Source of the DNA: Malacoraja senta
Taxonomy: Eukaryota
Assembly (NCBI GenBank): GCA_038087875.1
Contig: CM075989.1
Location: 13,022,001 to 13,086,000 of the forward strand
Direction of reading: 5' to 3'
DNA: 64,000 nt
Shown here: positions 1-11,640 of the stretch, in pieces
How positions within the stretch are numbered: position 1 is the first letter of the stretch
Layout: each line of letters opens with the position of its first letter
Notes under the pieces: model-generated
Told to the model about the DNA's origin: nothing
The model's input: only the letters and a program-made list of their open reading frames with translations
The model's database searches: none
Position numbers and translations under genes: made by a program

Positions 1-2925
1 AGAATCTATACACATCTAAAACGTCAATAGACAATAATAAAATCTCAGAATTTTTAGATAATTGTAATCTACCACAATTAGAACGCAGGGAACAAGAGGA
101 ACTGGGAGCACAAATTACTTCTAAGGAGATAGAAGACACAATAAAAACACTAAAAAATGGAAAAACACCAGGGCCAGACGGATTCAGTAATGAATTTTAT
201 AAATCTTTTTATGATATAGTTACTCCACGATTACAAAAAATGTATACATATGCTTATAAAGAGCAAAACCTACCTGAAACACTAGCGGAATCAACGATCA
301 TATTAATACTTAAAAAAGATAAAAATATAGAAGAACCAGGATCATATAGAGCTATTGCTTTGTTAAATACGGATCAGAAAATAATAGCAAAAACATTAGC
401 CAATAGATTAAGCAAGTATGTTAGTAGACTAATACATGAGGATCAAACAGGATTTATACCTAAGAGACACTCATTTAATAATTTGAGACGTTTGCTTAAC
501 ATAATGCATTCACATAAATCTTATGACCAAGAGTTAGCTATCATCTCACTGGACGCAGAAAAAGCGTTTGATCAAGTAGAATGGGACTATATGATCAAAG
601 TATTGCAAAAATTCCAATTGGGAGAAAACTTTATTGCATGGATAAAACTACTATATAACAAACCTACGGCTAGAATACTAACTAATAATATATTATCTTC
701 AAAATTCGAATTATCTAGGGGCAACAGACAAGGATGTTCACTATCACCGCTGTTATTTGCTTTGGTAATTGAACCCCTTGCTGAAAAAATAAGAACACAC
801 TCGAATATTCACGGTTATAACACAAAATATTCAAATAACAAACTATCCCTATATGCTGATGATGTACTACTGTACATCACAAAACCACAAATTAGTATAC
901 CAAATATATTAAACTTAATTGAGGACTTTGGATCCTTTTCAGGATATAGAATAAATTGGAACAAAAGTGAAATTATGTCGATTAAACCAAAAGACTCAAC
1001 ACATCTCAGGAAATTCCCTTTTAAAATAGCTATGGAAAAATTCAAATATTTAGGAATTGAGATTACTAGAAATTACCATGATATGTTTAAAGCTAATTAT
1101 AATCCCCTACTTAAGAAATTAAATAATCTGATTAAATTTTGGAAAACACTTCCGATGTCCTTAATAGGTAGGATAAATGCTATAAAAATGATTTTCTTAC
1201 CACAAATCCTTTACCTATTTCAATCAATACCTATATATCTCCCAAAAAAGTTTTTCAAAAAACTGGACTCGGACATTACAAATTTTATATGGGATTACAA
1301 ATCCCACAGAATACAAAGAACACACCTTAATAAACGAAAAGAGTTGGGGGGTCTAGCGCTCCCTAACTTTATGTATTATAACTGGGCAGTAAATATTAAA
1401 AATATGATTCACCTGCTGGACAATTCTGCCCAGCAGGTGGACTGGATTATAATGGAAAAAGGGGATTGCTCCCCGAATAATATAGGAGCGATTATTCTCT
1501 CTCCAATAAATTTGAATAATAAAAATTATAATAAAAATCCAATTATATATAGCACTATTAGAACATGGAAGCAAATAAAACAGAATCTAAAATTAAGAAA
1601 CCTATCTCTCTTAATACCAATAGTCAATAACCCATCGTTTAAACCTTCAATCATAGATAAAGCATTTATACAATGGGAAAGAATGGGAATCAAAACGCTC
1701 GAAGATCTGTATGAATTAGAAAAATTACTATCATTCCAACAACTACAACTGAAATATAATTTGAAAAATAATCAATATTTTAAATATCTACAAATCTGTG
1801 ACTATTTGAAAACACACACAAAAGATTATTATAATATGCCTTCCGACTTACTAGATGAAGCAATGAAGACAAAGGCGGAATCAGTTAATTTAATATCATA
1901 CTTATATAATATCATCTTAAATATAGAAATACCCACAACAGATGGAATTAGAAGAGATTGGGAACAAGATCTAGGTATAAAAATTTCAAAAGAGAGTTGG
2001 GATAATCATTTATTACAGGTGCATAAATGCTCGATCAACGTACGACATACGCTTATCCAATTTAAAACATTACATAGATTATATTATTCAAAAACCAAAC
2101 TAAATAAAATCTTTCCTAACGTCTCACCAATCTGTGATAAATGTATATGTCAAGAAGCTACCATAGCACATTCTTTTGTTTTTTGTACAAAAATCCAAAA
2201 ATTCTGGTTTGAAATATTTGATATTTTTTCAAAATTAATCAAAATAAAACTGGTACCAAAACCAGAATGGATTATTTTTGGAATATCGGAAGGTATTCCT
2301 GAATTAAACGTGTATCAGAAGAATTTACTCAATTATGGGCTAATAATGGGAAAAAAGCTTATACTTAAATTCTGGAAAAATGCGCCCACACCAACAATAA
2401 AAATGTGGACATCAAATATGTTGGAAACATTACATCTGGAAGAGATGAGATTCCTCCTAGTAGGCAAAGTAGACCAATTTCAAAAGACGTGGTCTACGTT
2501 TTTGGACCTATTACAAGCATGAGGTGCAATAGTAATTTAGAAAAACAAATAAATAAATAAAAGGTATCTGGACCTGGTAATGGGAGGTAAAACAAAAACA
2601 GACTTGGTTGGTAGTTCCTTCTCTATGAAGTATGTTATAAGAGTCATAATAGAGCGATTGTTCCTTCTTTCTTTCTCTTTCTTTTCTAGGGTCTATTTTC
2701 TAACTTTACTTCCTTCTCTAACTTCTTTTCTAAGGGGCTTTCTTTTCCCAACACTCTTTTGCACTTCACAACCTTTGCGCACTTTCTTCACTTTTCTTAC
2801 TTCTTTCTTTTTTTTTCTTAAAGTTTAAAAAAGTGAAGCGGTACAAAAAATGTATTAATATATACGTGTTGTACATTACTGTAATCTACCGTACTTCTAT
2901 TAAAAAAATTATTTAAAAAAAAAAA
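1..2925 (+). mobile_element. L1-clade LINE, 3' portion (ORF2 RT + Cys-rich C-terminus, 3'UTR, poly(A) tail); 5' end outside window; lies upstream of the last AFG2B exon, presumably in its last intron
   Basis: Open frame from base 3 to stop at 2522 (KTPGPDGF, YRAIALLNTDQKI, SLDAEKAFD, RQGCSLSPLLF, LYADD, CDKC...H...C); T-rich 3'UTR; A-tail about 2900-2925. Confidence 0.92.
3..2522 (+). CDS. LINE-1 ORF2 reverse transcriptase (N-terminally cut by window edge, no internal stops)
   Basis: ORF track 240..2522 extends without stop to position 3; YADD catalytic motif. Confidence 0.88.
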   Translation, partial: NLYTSKTSIDNNKISEFLDNCNLPQLERREQEELGAQITSKEIEDTIKTLKNGKTPGPDGFSNEFYKSFYDIVTPRLQKMYTYAYKEQNLPETLAESTIILILKKDKNIEEPGSYRAIALLNTDQKIIAKTLANRLSKYVSRLIHEDQTGFIPKRHSFNNLRRLLNIMHSHKSYDQELAIISLDAEKAFDQVEWDYMIKVLQKFQLGENFIAWIKLLYNKPTARILTNNILSSKFELSRGNRQGCSLSPLLFALVIEPLAEKIRTHSNIHGYNTKYSNNKLSLYADDVLLYITKPQISIPNILNLIEDFGSFSGYRINWNKSEIMSIKPKDSTHLRKFPFKIAMEKFKYLGIEITRNYHDMFKANYNPLLKKLNNLIKFWKTLPMSLIGRINAIKMIFLPQILYLFQSIPIYLPKKFFKKLDSDITNFIWDYKSHRIQRTHLNKRKELGGLALPNFMYYNWAVNIKNMIHLLDNSAQQVDWIIMEKGDCSPNNIGAIILSPINLNNKNYNKNPIIYSTIRTWKQIKQNLKLRNLSLLIPIVNNPSFKPSIIDKAFIQWERMGIKTLEDLYELEKLLSFQQLQLKYNLKNNQYFKYLQICDYLKTHTKDYYNMPSDLLDEAMKTKAESVNLISYLYNIILNIEIPTTDGIRRDWEQDLGIKISKESWDNHLLQVHKCSINVRHTLIQFKTLHRLYYSKTKLNKIFPNVSPICDKCICQEATIAHSFVFCTKIQKFWFEIFDIFSKLIKIKLVPKPEWIIFGISEGIPELNVYQKNLLNYGLIMGKKLILKFWKNAPTPTIKMWTSNMLETLHLEEMRFLLVGKVDQFQKTWSTFLDLLQA

Positions 2926-3904
2926 CAACACATCCTCTAGCCATTGCAATACTTTGCAAATCTACTGAAGTCCTCTGTATATCTAAATTGCTGCAGATAA
3001 TGAAAATCTGAAACTAACCTGAACATACCTGGTATGCATCTCTGCGGATTGCTTCTCTCTGTGGCTGCTGAGTTCTGTAACTGCATAAATCTGCCACTCC
3101 CAATATTGGTTCTGCAGCACGGTGTGTCATTCCTTAATCTCCAGCCAGTAATTGTGGTCTCAAGGTTGGCTATAGGAGCTGACAGTTTGCCAGGCAGCTA
3201 TCCGCCTCAGCAGACCAGTGCCAGTCCTCTGGCAGCATGACTTTATTTAGTCATGGTATGTGGGCATTGCTGGGAAGGTTGGATCTGCTGACTATCCAGA
3301 AGGCAACCACTGCAGAGTACTGTTTGTGGGGTCAATGTGATGTTTTGTCATCACTGAGGGAATGCGGCCCATTTCATTGCTGTGGGTACTGCATTGCCCA
3401 CGGGTTTCCTTCCCTGACCACACAAGCCCATCGAATCATTGCAGCACAGACACCAGCTTTTCATTCCAGAATTTAGTACAGAAGAGGTTGATGAGGATGA
3501 CCATGAAGTGGTTACACCATTGCATGGGTAGCTGGAGTGCAGACCATTGATCCAGTGTGATGCTCTGAATCCCTCCATGGCAACAAGGGATTTAACTTCA
3601 ATTAATTAAGTGAATCTGGAATTAAATTAATCTCAGGATTGATAATAGTGAAACCACCAAATTGTCGTAATCCCAGCTGGTTCATTAATTTCTGTGAGAG
3701 AAAGTCTGCCGTCCTCACCCTTTCCGTCACCCACGAATCCGGATCCAACAACTTTAAACTGCTTCCTCAGTTCAGGCACGGTTAGGGGTGGACACTAAAT
3801 ATGTTTGTACCCATTATATCCTGTGAGAAAAATGACAAATTATAAATTTATTGTCTCTGCTGCATTACGAGATTAGTCCAGCCCTCTAGATTATCGAACA
3901 GACA

Positions 3905-4065
3905 ACAAAGTGCTGGAGGAATTCAGTGGGTCAGGCAGCATCTGTAGAGTGAAGTAGTCAGACGAAGGTTCACATCGGGACTCTTCTGAAGACTCCCGGC
4001 CGAATTGTCTGTCCATTTTCCTTCACAGATGCTGCCTGACCCAGTGAATTCCACCAGCGCTTTCT
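3905..4065. repeat. Degenerate palindromic Penelope-derived (pLTR) mini-element
   Basis: Inverted arms tgctggaggaattcagtgggtcaggcagcatctgt / acagatgctgcctgacccagtgaattccaccagcg. Confidence 0.7.
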
Positions 4066-4099
4066 TTTTTCCCCTCTGGATTACAGTTCTGGCAACTTC

Positions 4100-5090
4100 T
4101 TCCCAGTATGTTTCCTGTAAAGACTCTATCCCCTACTCCCAATTCCTCCGTCTACGCCGCATCTGCGCCCAGGATGAGGTGTTCCATACCAGGGCATCGG
4201 AGATGTCCTCATTCTTTAGGAAATGGGGGTTCCCCTCTTCCATTATAGATGAGGCTCTCACTGGGGTCTCCTCGATATTCCGCAGCTCTGCTCTTACTCC
4301 CCCTCCCCCCATTCGTAACAAGGACAGAGTCCCCCTTGTCCTCACCTTCCACCCCATCAGCTGTCGCATACAGCATATAATCCTCCAACATTTTTGCCAC
4401 CTGCAACGGGATCCCACTATTGGCAACATCTTCCCATCTCCATCCCTTTCTGCTTTCTGCAGAAACCATTCCTTCTGAAACTCCCTGGTCAATTCGTCCC
4501 TTCCCACCCAATCCACCCCCTCCCGAGGTACTTTCCCCTGCAACCGCAGGAGATGCAACACCTGTCCCTTTACCACCCCCCTCGACTCCATCCAAGGACC
4601 CAAACAGTCTTTCCAGGTGAGGCAGAGGTTCACTTGCACCTCCTCCAACCTCATCTACTGTATCCGCTGTTCCAGGTGTCAACTTCTCTACATCGGCGAC
4701 ACCAAGCGCAGGCTCTGCGATCGTTTCACTGAACACCTCCGCTCAGTCCGTCTTAACCTACCTGATCTCCCAGTGGTTCAGCACTTCAACTTCCCCTCCC
4801 ATTCCCAATCTGACCTTTCTGTACTCGGCCTCCTCCATTGTCAGAGTGAAGCCCAGCGCAAATTGAAGGAACAGCACCTCACATTTCGCTTGGGTACTTT
4901 ACACCCCAGCAGTATGACCATTGAATTCTCTAACTTCAGATAGCCCTTGCTTTCTCTCTCCATCCCCTTCCCAGTTCTCCCACTCGTCTCTGCCTACATT
5001 CTATCTTTGTCACGCCCTCTCCCCTGACATCAATCTGAAGAAGGGTCTCGACCCGAAACATCGCCCATTCCTTCTCTCCAGAGATGCTGC
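4100..5090 (+). mobile_element. Penelope-like retroelement, 3' fragment (RT C-terminus, GIY-YIG endonuclease, pLTR with hammerhead-like core)
   Basis: SCKDSIPYSQFLRLRRIC and RVPLVLTFHP motifs; ORF 4617..4943 NLIYCIRCSRCQLLYIGDTKRRL..RF.EH (GIY-YIG); ctgaagaagggtctcgacccgaaacatc at 5035-5062. Confidence 0.85.
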
Positions 5091-5639
5091 TTTATTCTTT
5101 AGTTCCTCGGTCAGATGTAATGACAAGGCAGTACTGCTGGGTACAAATTTCCTTTATCCATAAGTTAGTAATCACGTACTTTCCTGGGTCATTAATCCTT
5201 TGCCAGAATCCGCTGGTTCTGCTGCCCATCTCCGAGAGACATGGACACCAGCTACACTGACCTGGGAACAAACTCGTTTGTTGCACTCTGCACTTGTTTA
5301 TTACTCTGCTGCTGAACTTCTTGGAATTGTTGCAAGAATTTGTTTTTTACTTTCGGTTTCAACTTCCTTGTTCTTCCTTCAATGTTCCCATTGTAATCAG
5401 TCACTCGGGGCTTCCAGTCAACCTTGGGAAAGCCCCACTTCTTGATCTCAAAAACCTTGCCCCTCAGTCCCATTTATTCCACCACCACCTCCTCTGGCCC
5501 ATCCCCTCTCTGACACAACAGCTCCAGGTTGGCATAATTATGTCCCCCAGACTGGCCTGGGCTGTGCGGGCACCTCTGTGTCCTGTAACTTATATCATAG
5601 AGTCTAATGTTTAATTTTCATCTCTTATTCCTCTGACAG

Positions 5640-5795
5640 GCTGCGTTATTGGCTCTACAAGAAAATGGGCTTGATGCTGCCGCAGTGACACAAATGCACT
5701 TCATGAACTCTCTTCAGAGTTTTCAACCTTCACTAACTGACCAGCACTTTGACTTTTACTGCAACCTGTTCTCAGCTAGGAACCCAGGAATGTGA
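5640..5795 (+). CDS. AFG2B: AFG2B/SPATA5L1 (AAA+ ATPase) last coding exon
   Basis: Polypyrimidine tract + cag acceptor at 5637-5639; [32 protein letters not shown]...* resembles recalled human SPATA5L1 C-terminus ([21 protein letters not shown]); synteny upstream of C15orf48. Confidence 0.85.
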   Translation, partial: [51 protein letters not shown]

Positions 5796-6999
5796 CCATT
5801 GATTCCAGAGTATGTAACCTTTGACCTTTTGCCAAATCACTGGTTCAGCCATGGACAAAAGAATCAAAACTGCTTAAAGATTTATTATGTTTTATTTTGT
5901 ATAAATGTAGAAGTCTTTTTATACTTCAATCTGAAAGTGTGACTTTATAAAGTGGAAAATAGAATTGTAAAACAAAATTAAATATCTAAAGAATGCAGTT
6001 ATAATTGTGATGGAATTTGTTGTGACAATTTAAGTGAGAAAGAATGGTGAGTTTTGAATGCAGCGGTCTACATTGAGAGTCTCAGAATCTTGAGCATTTC
6101 CACGGCTGGTAAACCTGTTCTACTGGGCACGTGAGGGTGCAGTCTACAAAAGAAGACCTTGAGGTATTGCATTAGTGTGCTCTGCAAAAAAGAGTTTACC
6201 TTAGTGTGGATGCCACAATGGTACATGAGATGTAATCTGCAGAGCAATGTGCTGGGAAAGTGAGCTTGAAAAAGGTTTGGGATGGATGATAAATGCAAGT
6301 TGCTTGTGACTTTGAGGAAGGTGTAGAGAGAGATGGAGTCACTGATAAGAATGAGGGAAAGAGCAGCTGGACTGTACCATCGGCTACAGGAAAGAGGAGG
6401 CAGGAACATTTAACGGAACAAATTCAACCCAAACTGGACAAAGAAGCAGAAAAAGAGGTGAAGTTTAGTGAATTCAGTTGATGTACTGAGGGAAGGTAAC
6501 CGATGGAGGTCATTGAGGGTGGAGGTGAAAGGTAACACAAAAATATTCTGATATCTAAATGTAGAGAGCTCCGTAGGACCCACTTGTATTGCTCTGCAAA
6601 TCTTCCAAAATACAAGTCCTGAGATGTCTCCATTGCTGTTCCTTAAACGTCCAGGACACTGGTCTTGTACATCATGCTAGCAATGGTTCAAACTGGCACC
6701 AGAATCCTTGCAGGACACTCAACCCGAATCCAACACTCCAACCACTTCCATTGCCCTTCTGGAGTTAGTAAAATAAAAATATTGTAAAATTTGTGAAATC
6801 TCCCTGTCTGTCAGTGTGGGCACGGACAGGTGTATATACTACAGGTAGACAGGATTGGACAAAGCCAGGTTGGATCATCACCATCTGCTATAGACTCATT
6901 CTGACTGTCCTTCATGCCTCTGCCAGTTTAGTCTGGGATGGTGCTGCAAACTCCTGCTGGGGATGGACATTCCGTACTTTTGCTAGTTTCAGTGCTGCT

Positions 7000-7150
7000 T
7001 TAGAAACATGGAAAGTAGATGCAGGAGTAGGCCATTTGGCCCTTTGAGCCAGCACCACCATTCAATGTGATCATGGCTGATCATCCAAAATCAGTACCCT
7101 GTTCCCCCCATATCTCTTGATTCCCTTTGCCCTAAGAGCAAAATCTAAAT
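7000..7150 (-). mobile_element. CR1 LINE 3'-end fragment
   Basis: Reverse complement of the CR1 3'UTR seen at 9563-9720, 39225-39392 and 46150-46320. Confidence 0.7.
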
Positions 7151-7764
7151 CTTGTTGTTCAACATGGAGGAGCCCTCATTAAGCAATTGAGAGGGAATGG
7201 TGAATGGTGGGTGGTAACTAGAAGGTGGATTCCTTTGTTATGTTTCTCATGATGTCATGAGACCGGGGATCCGGAGGCAATGTTGAGGCCCTTGCACCTG
7301 TATCCCACTGATCTGCTGTCTCTGGTGGGTGGGAGATGCCATGGGACATGAGGTCTCCAAAGATGATGATGGAGGGCTCGGGCAAATTACAAGAATTATT
7401 CCGATGGTGCACCTATATCTGAGCAATAAGTGCAATCTAGTTCAAGTTCAAGTTACATTTATTGCCACATGCGTCAATTGGTACAGTGAGATTTGAGTTA
7501 CCATACAGCCATATGGGTAAAAAGAACACAATACACGATAGAATTTAACATGAACCAGTCCCTGAAGGGATGGGATTGACTTTACCATGTTAGACAACCC
7601 AAACCTATTACTGGGATCCTCACAATCATGGCTTGGGTTTCAGCTCACCAAAGCATCCTCCCCTCTCCATACCCCCTACACACACCCTTCCTCTCCCCAC
7701 AACACGTTCCTTCCCACCTCTTTTCCACCCACCGCTTCCCCTCTTTCCATCTCCATTCTGCGTC

Positions 7765-8690
7765 CTCTGCGTTGTAGTGGCGGCGCTGTCGAACAGCAGC
7801 GGCTCGCCTGCAGTCCGTCTGTTTTTACTTTTTTTTGTTGTTTACTTTTGTCCTGTTTTAGTTAAATTTTAGTTTATTGGGTTGTGTATGTGTGGGGTGC
7901 GGGGGTGAAACATGACTTTTGTCTCTTCCTTCGGGGGAATGCGACTTTTTCTTGTCGTATCCCCCTTCTCTGCCTCCGTCTGCGCTGAGGCCAAAATGGC
8001 GGAGCTGCCGGCCTCCAACTGCGAGCTGCCGGCCTCCAACTCCAACTGCGAGCTGCCGGCCTCCAACTCCAACTGCGAGCTGCCGGCCTCCAACTCCAAC
8101 TGCGAGCTGCCGGCCTCCAACTGCGAGCGACCGACCGACCTCGAGGCTCCGGAGGCAGAGCCAGGACTTACCAGCGCGAGGCTGGCCAACTTCCGGCGTT
8201 CCGGCGGTGGCGACCGAGGACACTGGTGGCGACCTGAATCCGGAGGCCCAGTGGACGACATCGTCGGGAGCGCGCAGGTCACAGGTTGGTGACCTGTTTT
8301 TCTGGGGCTCCCGCAACTACAGCTGCGTCCGCTGGACTGGAGGGCGGCAGCTTCGACCACCCCGGGCCGCGGAGTTTGAGCCGGCCCGTCGCGGAGCACG
8401 GATTCGGCCGCGGGACTGGCTTACCGTCGCCCGGGGGGGCCACAGCATCAGAAGCCTGGATCGCCTCAGCGCAGAGGGAGAACAAAGCGGGAAGAGACAG
8501 AGACTTTAAGACTTTTGCCTCCATCACAGTGAGGAGGTGCCTGGTGAACTCACTGTGGTGGATGTTAATTTGTGTTTATTGTGTGTTTTGTCATTTATTA
8601 TTATATGTATGACTGCAGGCAACGAAATTTCGTTCAGACCGAAAGGTCTGAATGACAAATAAAGGAATCTCTAAATCTCTAAATCTCTCA
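7765..8690 (+). mobile_element. GC-rich non-autonomous retroelement with internal minisatellite, 3' stem-loop and (AATCTCTA)n tail
   Basis: Shares ccatcacagtgagga...gtg.atgtt block with 19300-19690 and 27028-27400; hairpin ttcagacc-gaaa-ggtctgaa; aataaa; tandem tail. Confidence 0.6.
8002..8128. repeat. Minisatellite, 21/27-bp units (gagctgccggcctccaac[tccaac]tgc) x5
   Basis: Units of 21,27,27,27,21 bp read directly. Confidence 0.9.
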
Positions 8691-9149
8691 TTCCATGTCT
8701 CCTCCACAATCCCTTCCCTTCCTGCAACTTTGTCCCCTACCACTATGAACACCCTTTCTCTACATCTCACAATGTTCACATACTCCTCCTGGCTAATTCC
8801 TCCCTCTTAACATCTCATCCCTGTACCCCCCAGCTTCTCATACCTCATAACCTTTCCTTCACCCCTTCTCTCCCACACACCTTTTCCATCACCACTTCCC
8901 TTATTTTGAAGCTGGGTCTGTTGTTCCCTAAAGTGGAGTGGCTTAAGAAGGGACATATTAAAAGTGTATGAAATTATGAGAATATAGATATGGCATTCTG
9001 CAAGAACCTATATTTCCCATAGTAGATATAGATAATATTTGTTTAAAATAAAGTAGTGATGTAGAGGGGATCTGAGTGATAAGTTGCTGGGCCAGGGGCC
9101 AAATTCTGGAAAACTAACACAGCTGTGGAAATGATGGGCTGATGACTAT

Positions 9150-9464
9150 GACTTCCTCCACCTGCACTTTAGCCCTCGCGGCCTTGCCCCGCCCCAGTAG
9201 TTCCGCCCTCCGTCCCTGCTGTGGACGTGACCGGAGTCACGTTGCTGCTGAACTCAGGTGGAGTGGGCGGGGCATATGGCGAATGGGCGGGGGCGGACTG
9301 ACAGGTAGGCGGGGCTATCGTGGGAGTGGGCGGGTCGAGGAGGGGAGTGGGCGGGGTCGGACTGACAGGTGGGCGGGGCATGTGGAGAGTGGGCGAGGCC
9401 GGTTGTGGGGGACACCGACGCCAGTCTCTCATTTTCCGGTATCATCGGGACAAGCGCTGCGAAG
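9150..9464 (+). promoter_or_regulatory. CpG-rich promoter/5'UTR of C15orf48 with clustered GC boxes (Sp/KLF-type GGGCGG)
   Basis: Six or more GGCGGG motifs at about 9265-9380 directly upstream of ATG 9465. Confidence 0.65.
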
Positions 9465-9503
9465 ATGTCGACGTTTTTCACGATGCTCCGCCGGAGGAAG
9501 GAG
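9465..9503 (+). CDS. C15orf48: C15orf48 (NMES1/COXFA4L3, NDUFA4-family) coding exon 1: MSTFFTMLRRRKE
   Basis: ATG 9465, donor GAG|gtgaac; resembles human MSFFQLLMKRKE. Confidence 0.82.
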
Positions 9504-9562
9504 GTGAACCAACCCCACCCCACTCCCCCCTGACCGCTCGGCCCGTCCCCTCCATCAGAGAG

Positions 9563-9720
9563 AGTTAGATTTAGCTCTTGGGACCTAACAGAATCAAGGG
9601 CTACGGGGAGATAGCAGGAACGGGTACTGGTTTTGGATGATCAGCCATGATCATATTGAATGGCGGTGATGGTTGGAGGACCGAATGGCCTGCTCCTGCA
9701 CCTATTTTCTATGTTTCTAT
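9563..9720 (+). mobile_element. CR1 3'-end fragment in C15orf48 intron 1
   Basis: gatcagccatgatcatattgaatggcgg...cctgcacctattttctatgtttctat tail. Confidence 0.75.
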
Positions 9721-10111
9721 CTCGCCCAGCCCGTCTCCGATCGGCACGTCTTCCTTTTCCTCCACATGACCGATCGGCCCATCGACAGCACCCCCCCCTC
9801 CATTATGGCCGCTCGGCCCGTCTCCCTTATGCCACCGACCGCTCCATCTCTACCCCCCCGCCTGTTCCCGAACCACCACCCCCTGTTGCCGCTCGGCCTG
9901 TCTCCCCCACCTTCTCCCCGACTGCTCAGCCCTTTTCTTGACCGCAGCCCTCCCTCCACACCCGCTGCCCGGCGCGCTGAGCTTCGCCCGGTCCGCTATT
10001 GTTGACTTTCCCCGGGTGTTGGGTCTTTGCAGCGGCTGAGCAGCCGCTTCTGTTGGAACCGGTGCCGCGTTCGGAGCCCATTCTGACCGATGCCGTCTGT
10101 CTGTCCCGCAG

Positions 10112-10200
10112 CTCATCCCCCTGGTCGCCCTGATGACCACCGCCGCCTCGTTCTGTACCAGCGCCGGCATTTACTTCCTCGCCACCAAGAGCGATGTCAT
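10112..10200 (+). CDS. C15orf48: C15orf48 coding exon 2: LIPLVALMTTAASFCTSAGIYFLATKSDVI (TM helix)
   Basis: cccgcag| acceptor, |gtaagt donor; (E)LIPLV...K.DV family motif. Confidence 0.9.
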
Positions 10201-10700
10201 GTAAGTGTCCGGTCCCGACAGGTGACAGGTGACAGGGGCCGGGGACCTGTTGCCGATGTTGAAGTGCAACAAGCATCACTGTGTATGTGTTCAAGGGTGT
10301 GTCTGTCTGTACGGGTGCGCGTTTGGGGTTTCCGGTCTGTGTGTGTTTGTCTGGACGTGTGTTTGTTGGGGAGGGGGGGTTAGGATCTGGATGTAGTACG
10401 CTGAAAAACTCAAGGTAGAGCATCACTGAGCATTAAAACAGTGTAGGTCTGGGTGTGTACTTAGGGTGTGCATGTGTGTGTGAGGGGGGGGGGGTAAGGG
10501 ACAGTGTGTGTCTGGGTGTGTCTGTCTGTAGATTGTGTGTTTATGGGTGAGTGGGTGTATGTATACAAGTGGGAATGTTTGTGTGCGGAGAGTGGTCCAG
10601 GTGTCAGTACAAATGAGTGAAGCCGCATTTTACACCAGCCGTGCGATCGGATACTTTTTGGATGATAAAACATTTCTGAAGTTAATTTCTCTCTATTTAG

Positions 10701-10761
10701 AATCGATAAGAAGCACAATCCTACCCCATGGGAGAACATAGACCCGACCAAACCCCAGAAG
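10701..10761 (+). CDS. C15orf48: C15orf48 coding exon 3: IDKKHNPTPWENIDPTKPQK
   Basis: tttag| acceptor, AAG|gtaacc donor; NP.PWE..DPT.PQK motif; phase consistent. Confidence 0.92.
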
Positions 10762-11324
10762 GTAACCTCATAGCTCTGACTTTATAACCATTGACGGGAA
10801 AGCGGCTGAGTCACTGATTCCCGGAGCGGGCTGGTCGCGGTGTTGGGCAACATCTTGGTGTGAGAGCATCCTGGTGACCGGGTGGGGCCGCGGCTGGAGA
10901 GCGGAGGGAGGGGGAGGTTATGGAAGAGATGGAGAAGGAAGAGGGGGGAAGGAGTAGGGGTGGTGGGGCAAAGGAGGGATATGGCAGATTAAGGGGATGA
11001 GGAGGGAGGAGCGGGGTTGGAGGATGAGTGGAACGGTCATGGAGAGGGGGAGCGAGGATTAGAGGGAGGAGCGAGGATGGGAGGAGGCTGAAATGACAGA
11101 GAGGGGGAGCGGGGATGGGAGGAGGCGAGAGCGGCGACGAGAGGAGGTAGATTAGAGGGAGTAACTGGAAGGGGTGGCGAGGGCGGGAGGGGGTGGGGGG
11201 GGGGGTGGAGCAAGACTCGAGGAGGTGATGAAGTTTGCTTTTGCTGGCCAGAGAGGCGATGGCCGATGGAAAAGGATGTTGGCGAGAGAAAAGGAAGTTC
11301 ACTAGACAACAGGGGGCGGGGCAT

Positions 11325-11640
11325 GGCTGTGTCGGTGCGTCAGTGATGGCCGCTGTTTCCCAGCGCTGGTGGCGCGGGTTCGATCCCGCCCTCCGATGCT
11401 GCCTGCGTGGAGTTTGCATGTTCCCGTGTCACCGCGTTACCCCCTCCCCTCTCCAGGAACTCGCTTTCCTCCAACGGTGGTGTGGGTCGGTGGGTTAATC
11501 GGCCGCTATGAATTCCCCAAATGTGGGTGAGGGGGAGAAGCTGGTGGCGCTGATGGTTGTGTGCAAGAGACCAGCCCTTGGGGATGGGATTAATGGGAGG
11601 ATGGAATGAGCACTATTGACCGAATGGCTTCCTTGTGTAT
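11325..11640 (+). mobile_element. Degenerate tRNA-derived V-SINE
   Basis: B-box gggttcgatccc followed by tgcgtggagtttgcatgttc, as in the cleaner copy at 60626. Confidence 0.6.

Noticed and set aside
4133..4736. 173-175 aa minus-strand ORFs
   Set aside because: Antisense shadows of the Penelope coding fragment
8002..8128. CRISPR-like repeat array
   Set aside because: Head-to-tail units with no unique spacers; eukaryotic context; no cas genes
7858..8509. Four overlapping 126-196 aa ORFs with peptide repeats
   Set aside because: By-product of a GC-rich repeat whose minisatellite units are multiples of 3; no splice or homology support
10811..11419. 202-aa Pro/Leu-rich minus-strand ORF
   Set aside because: Translation of a low-complexity G-rich intronic tract
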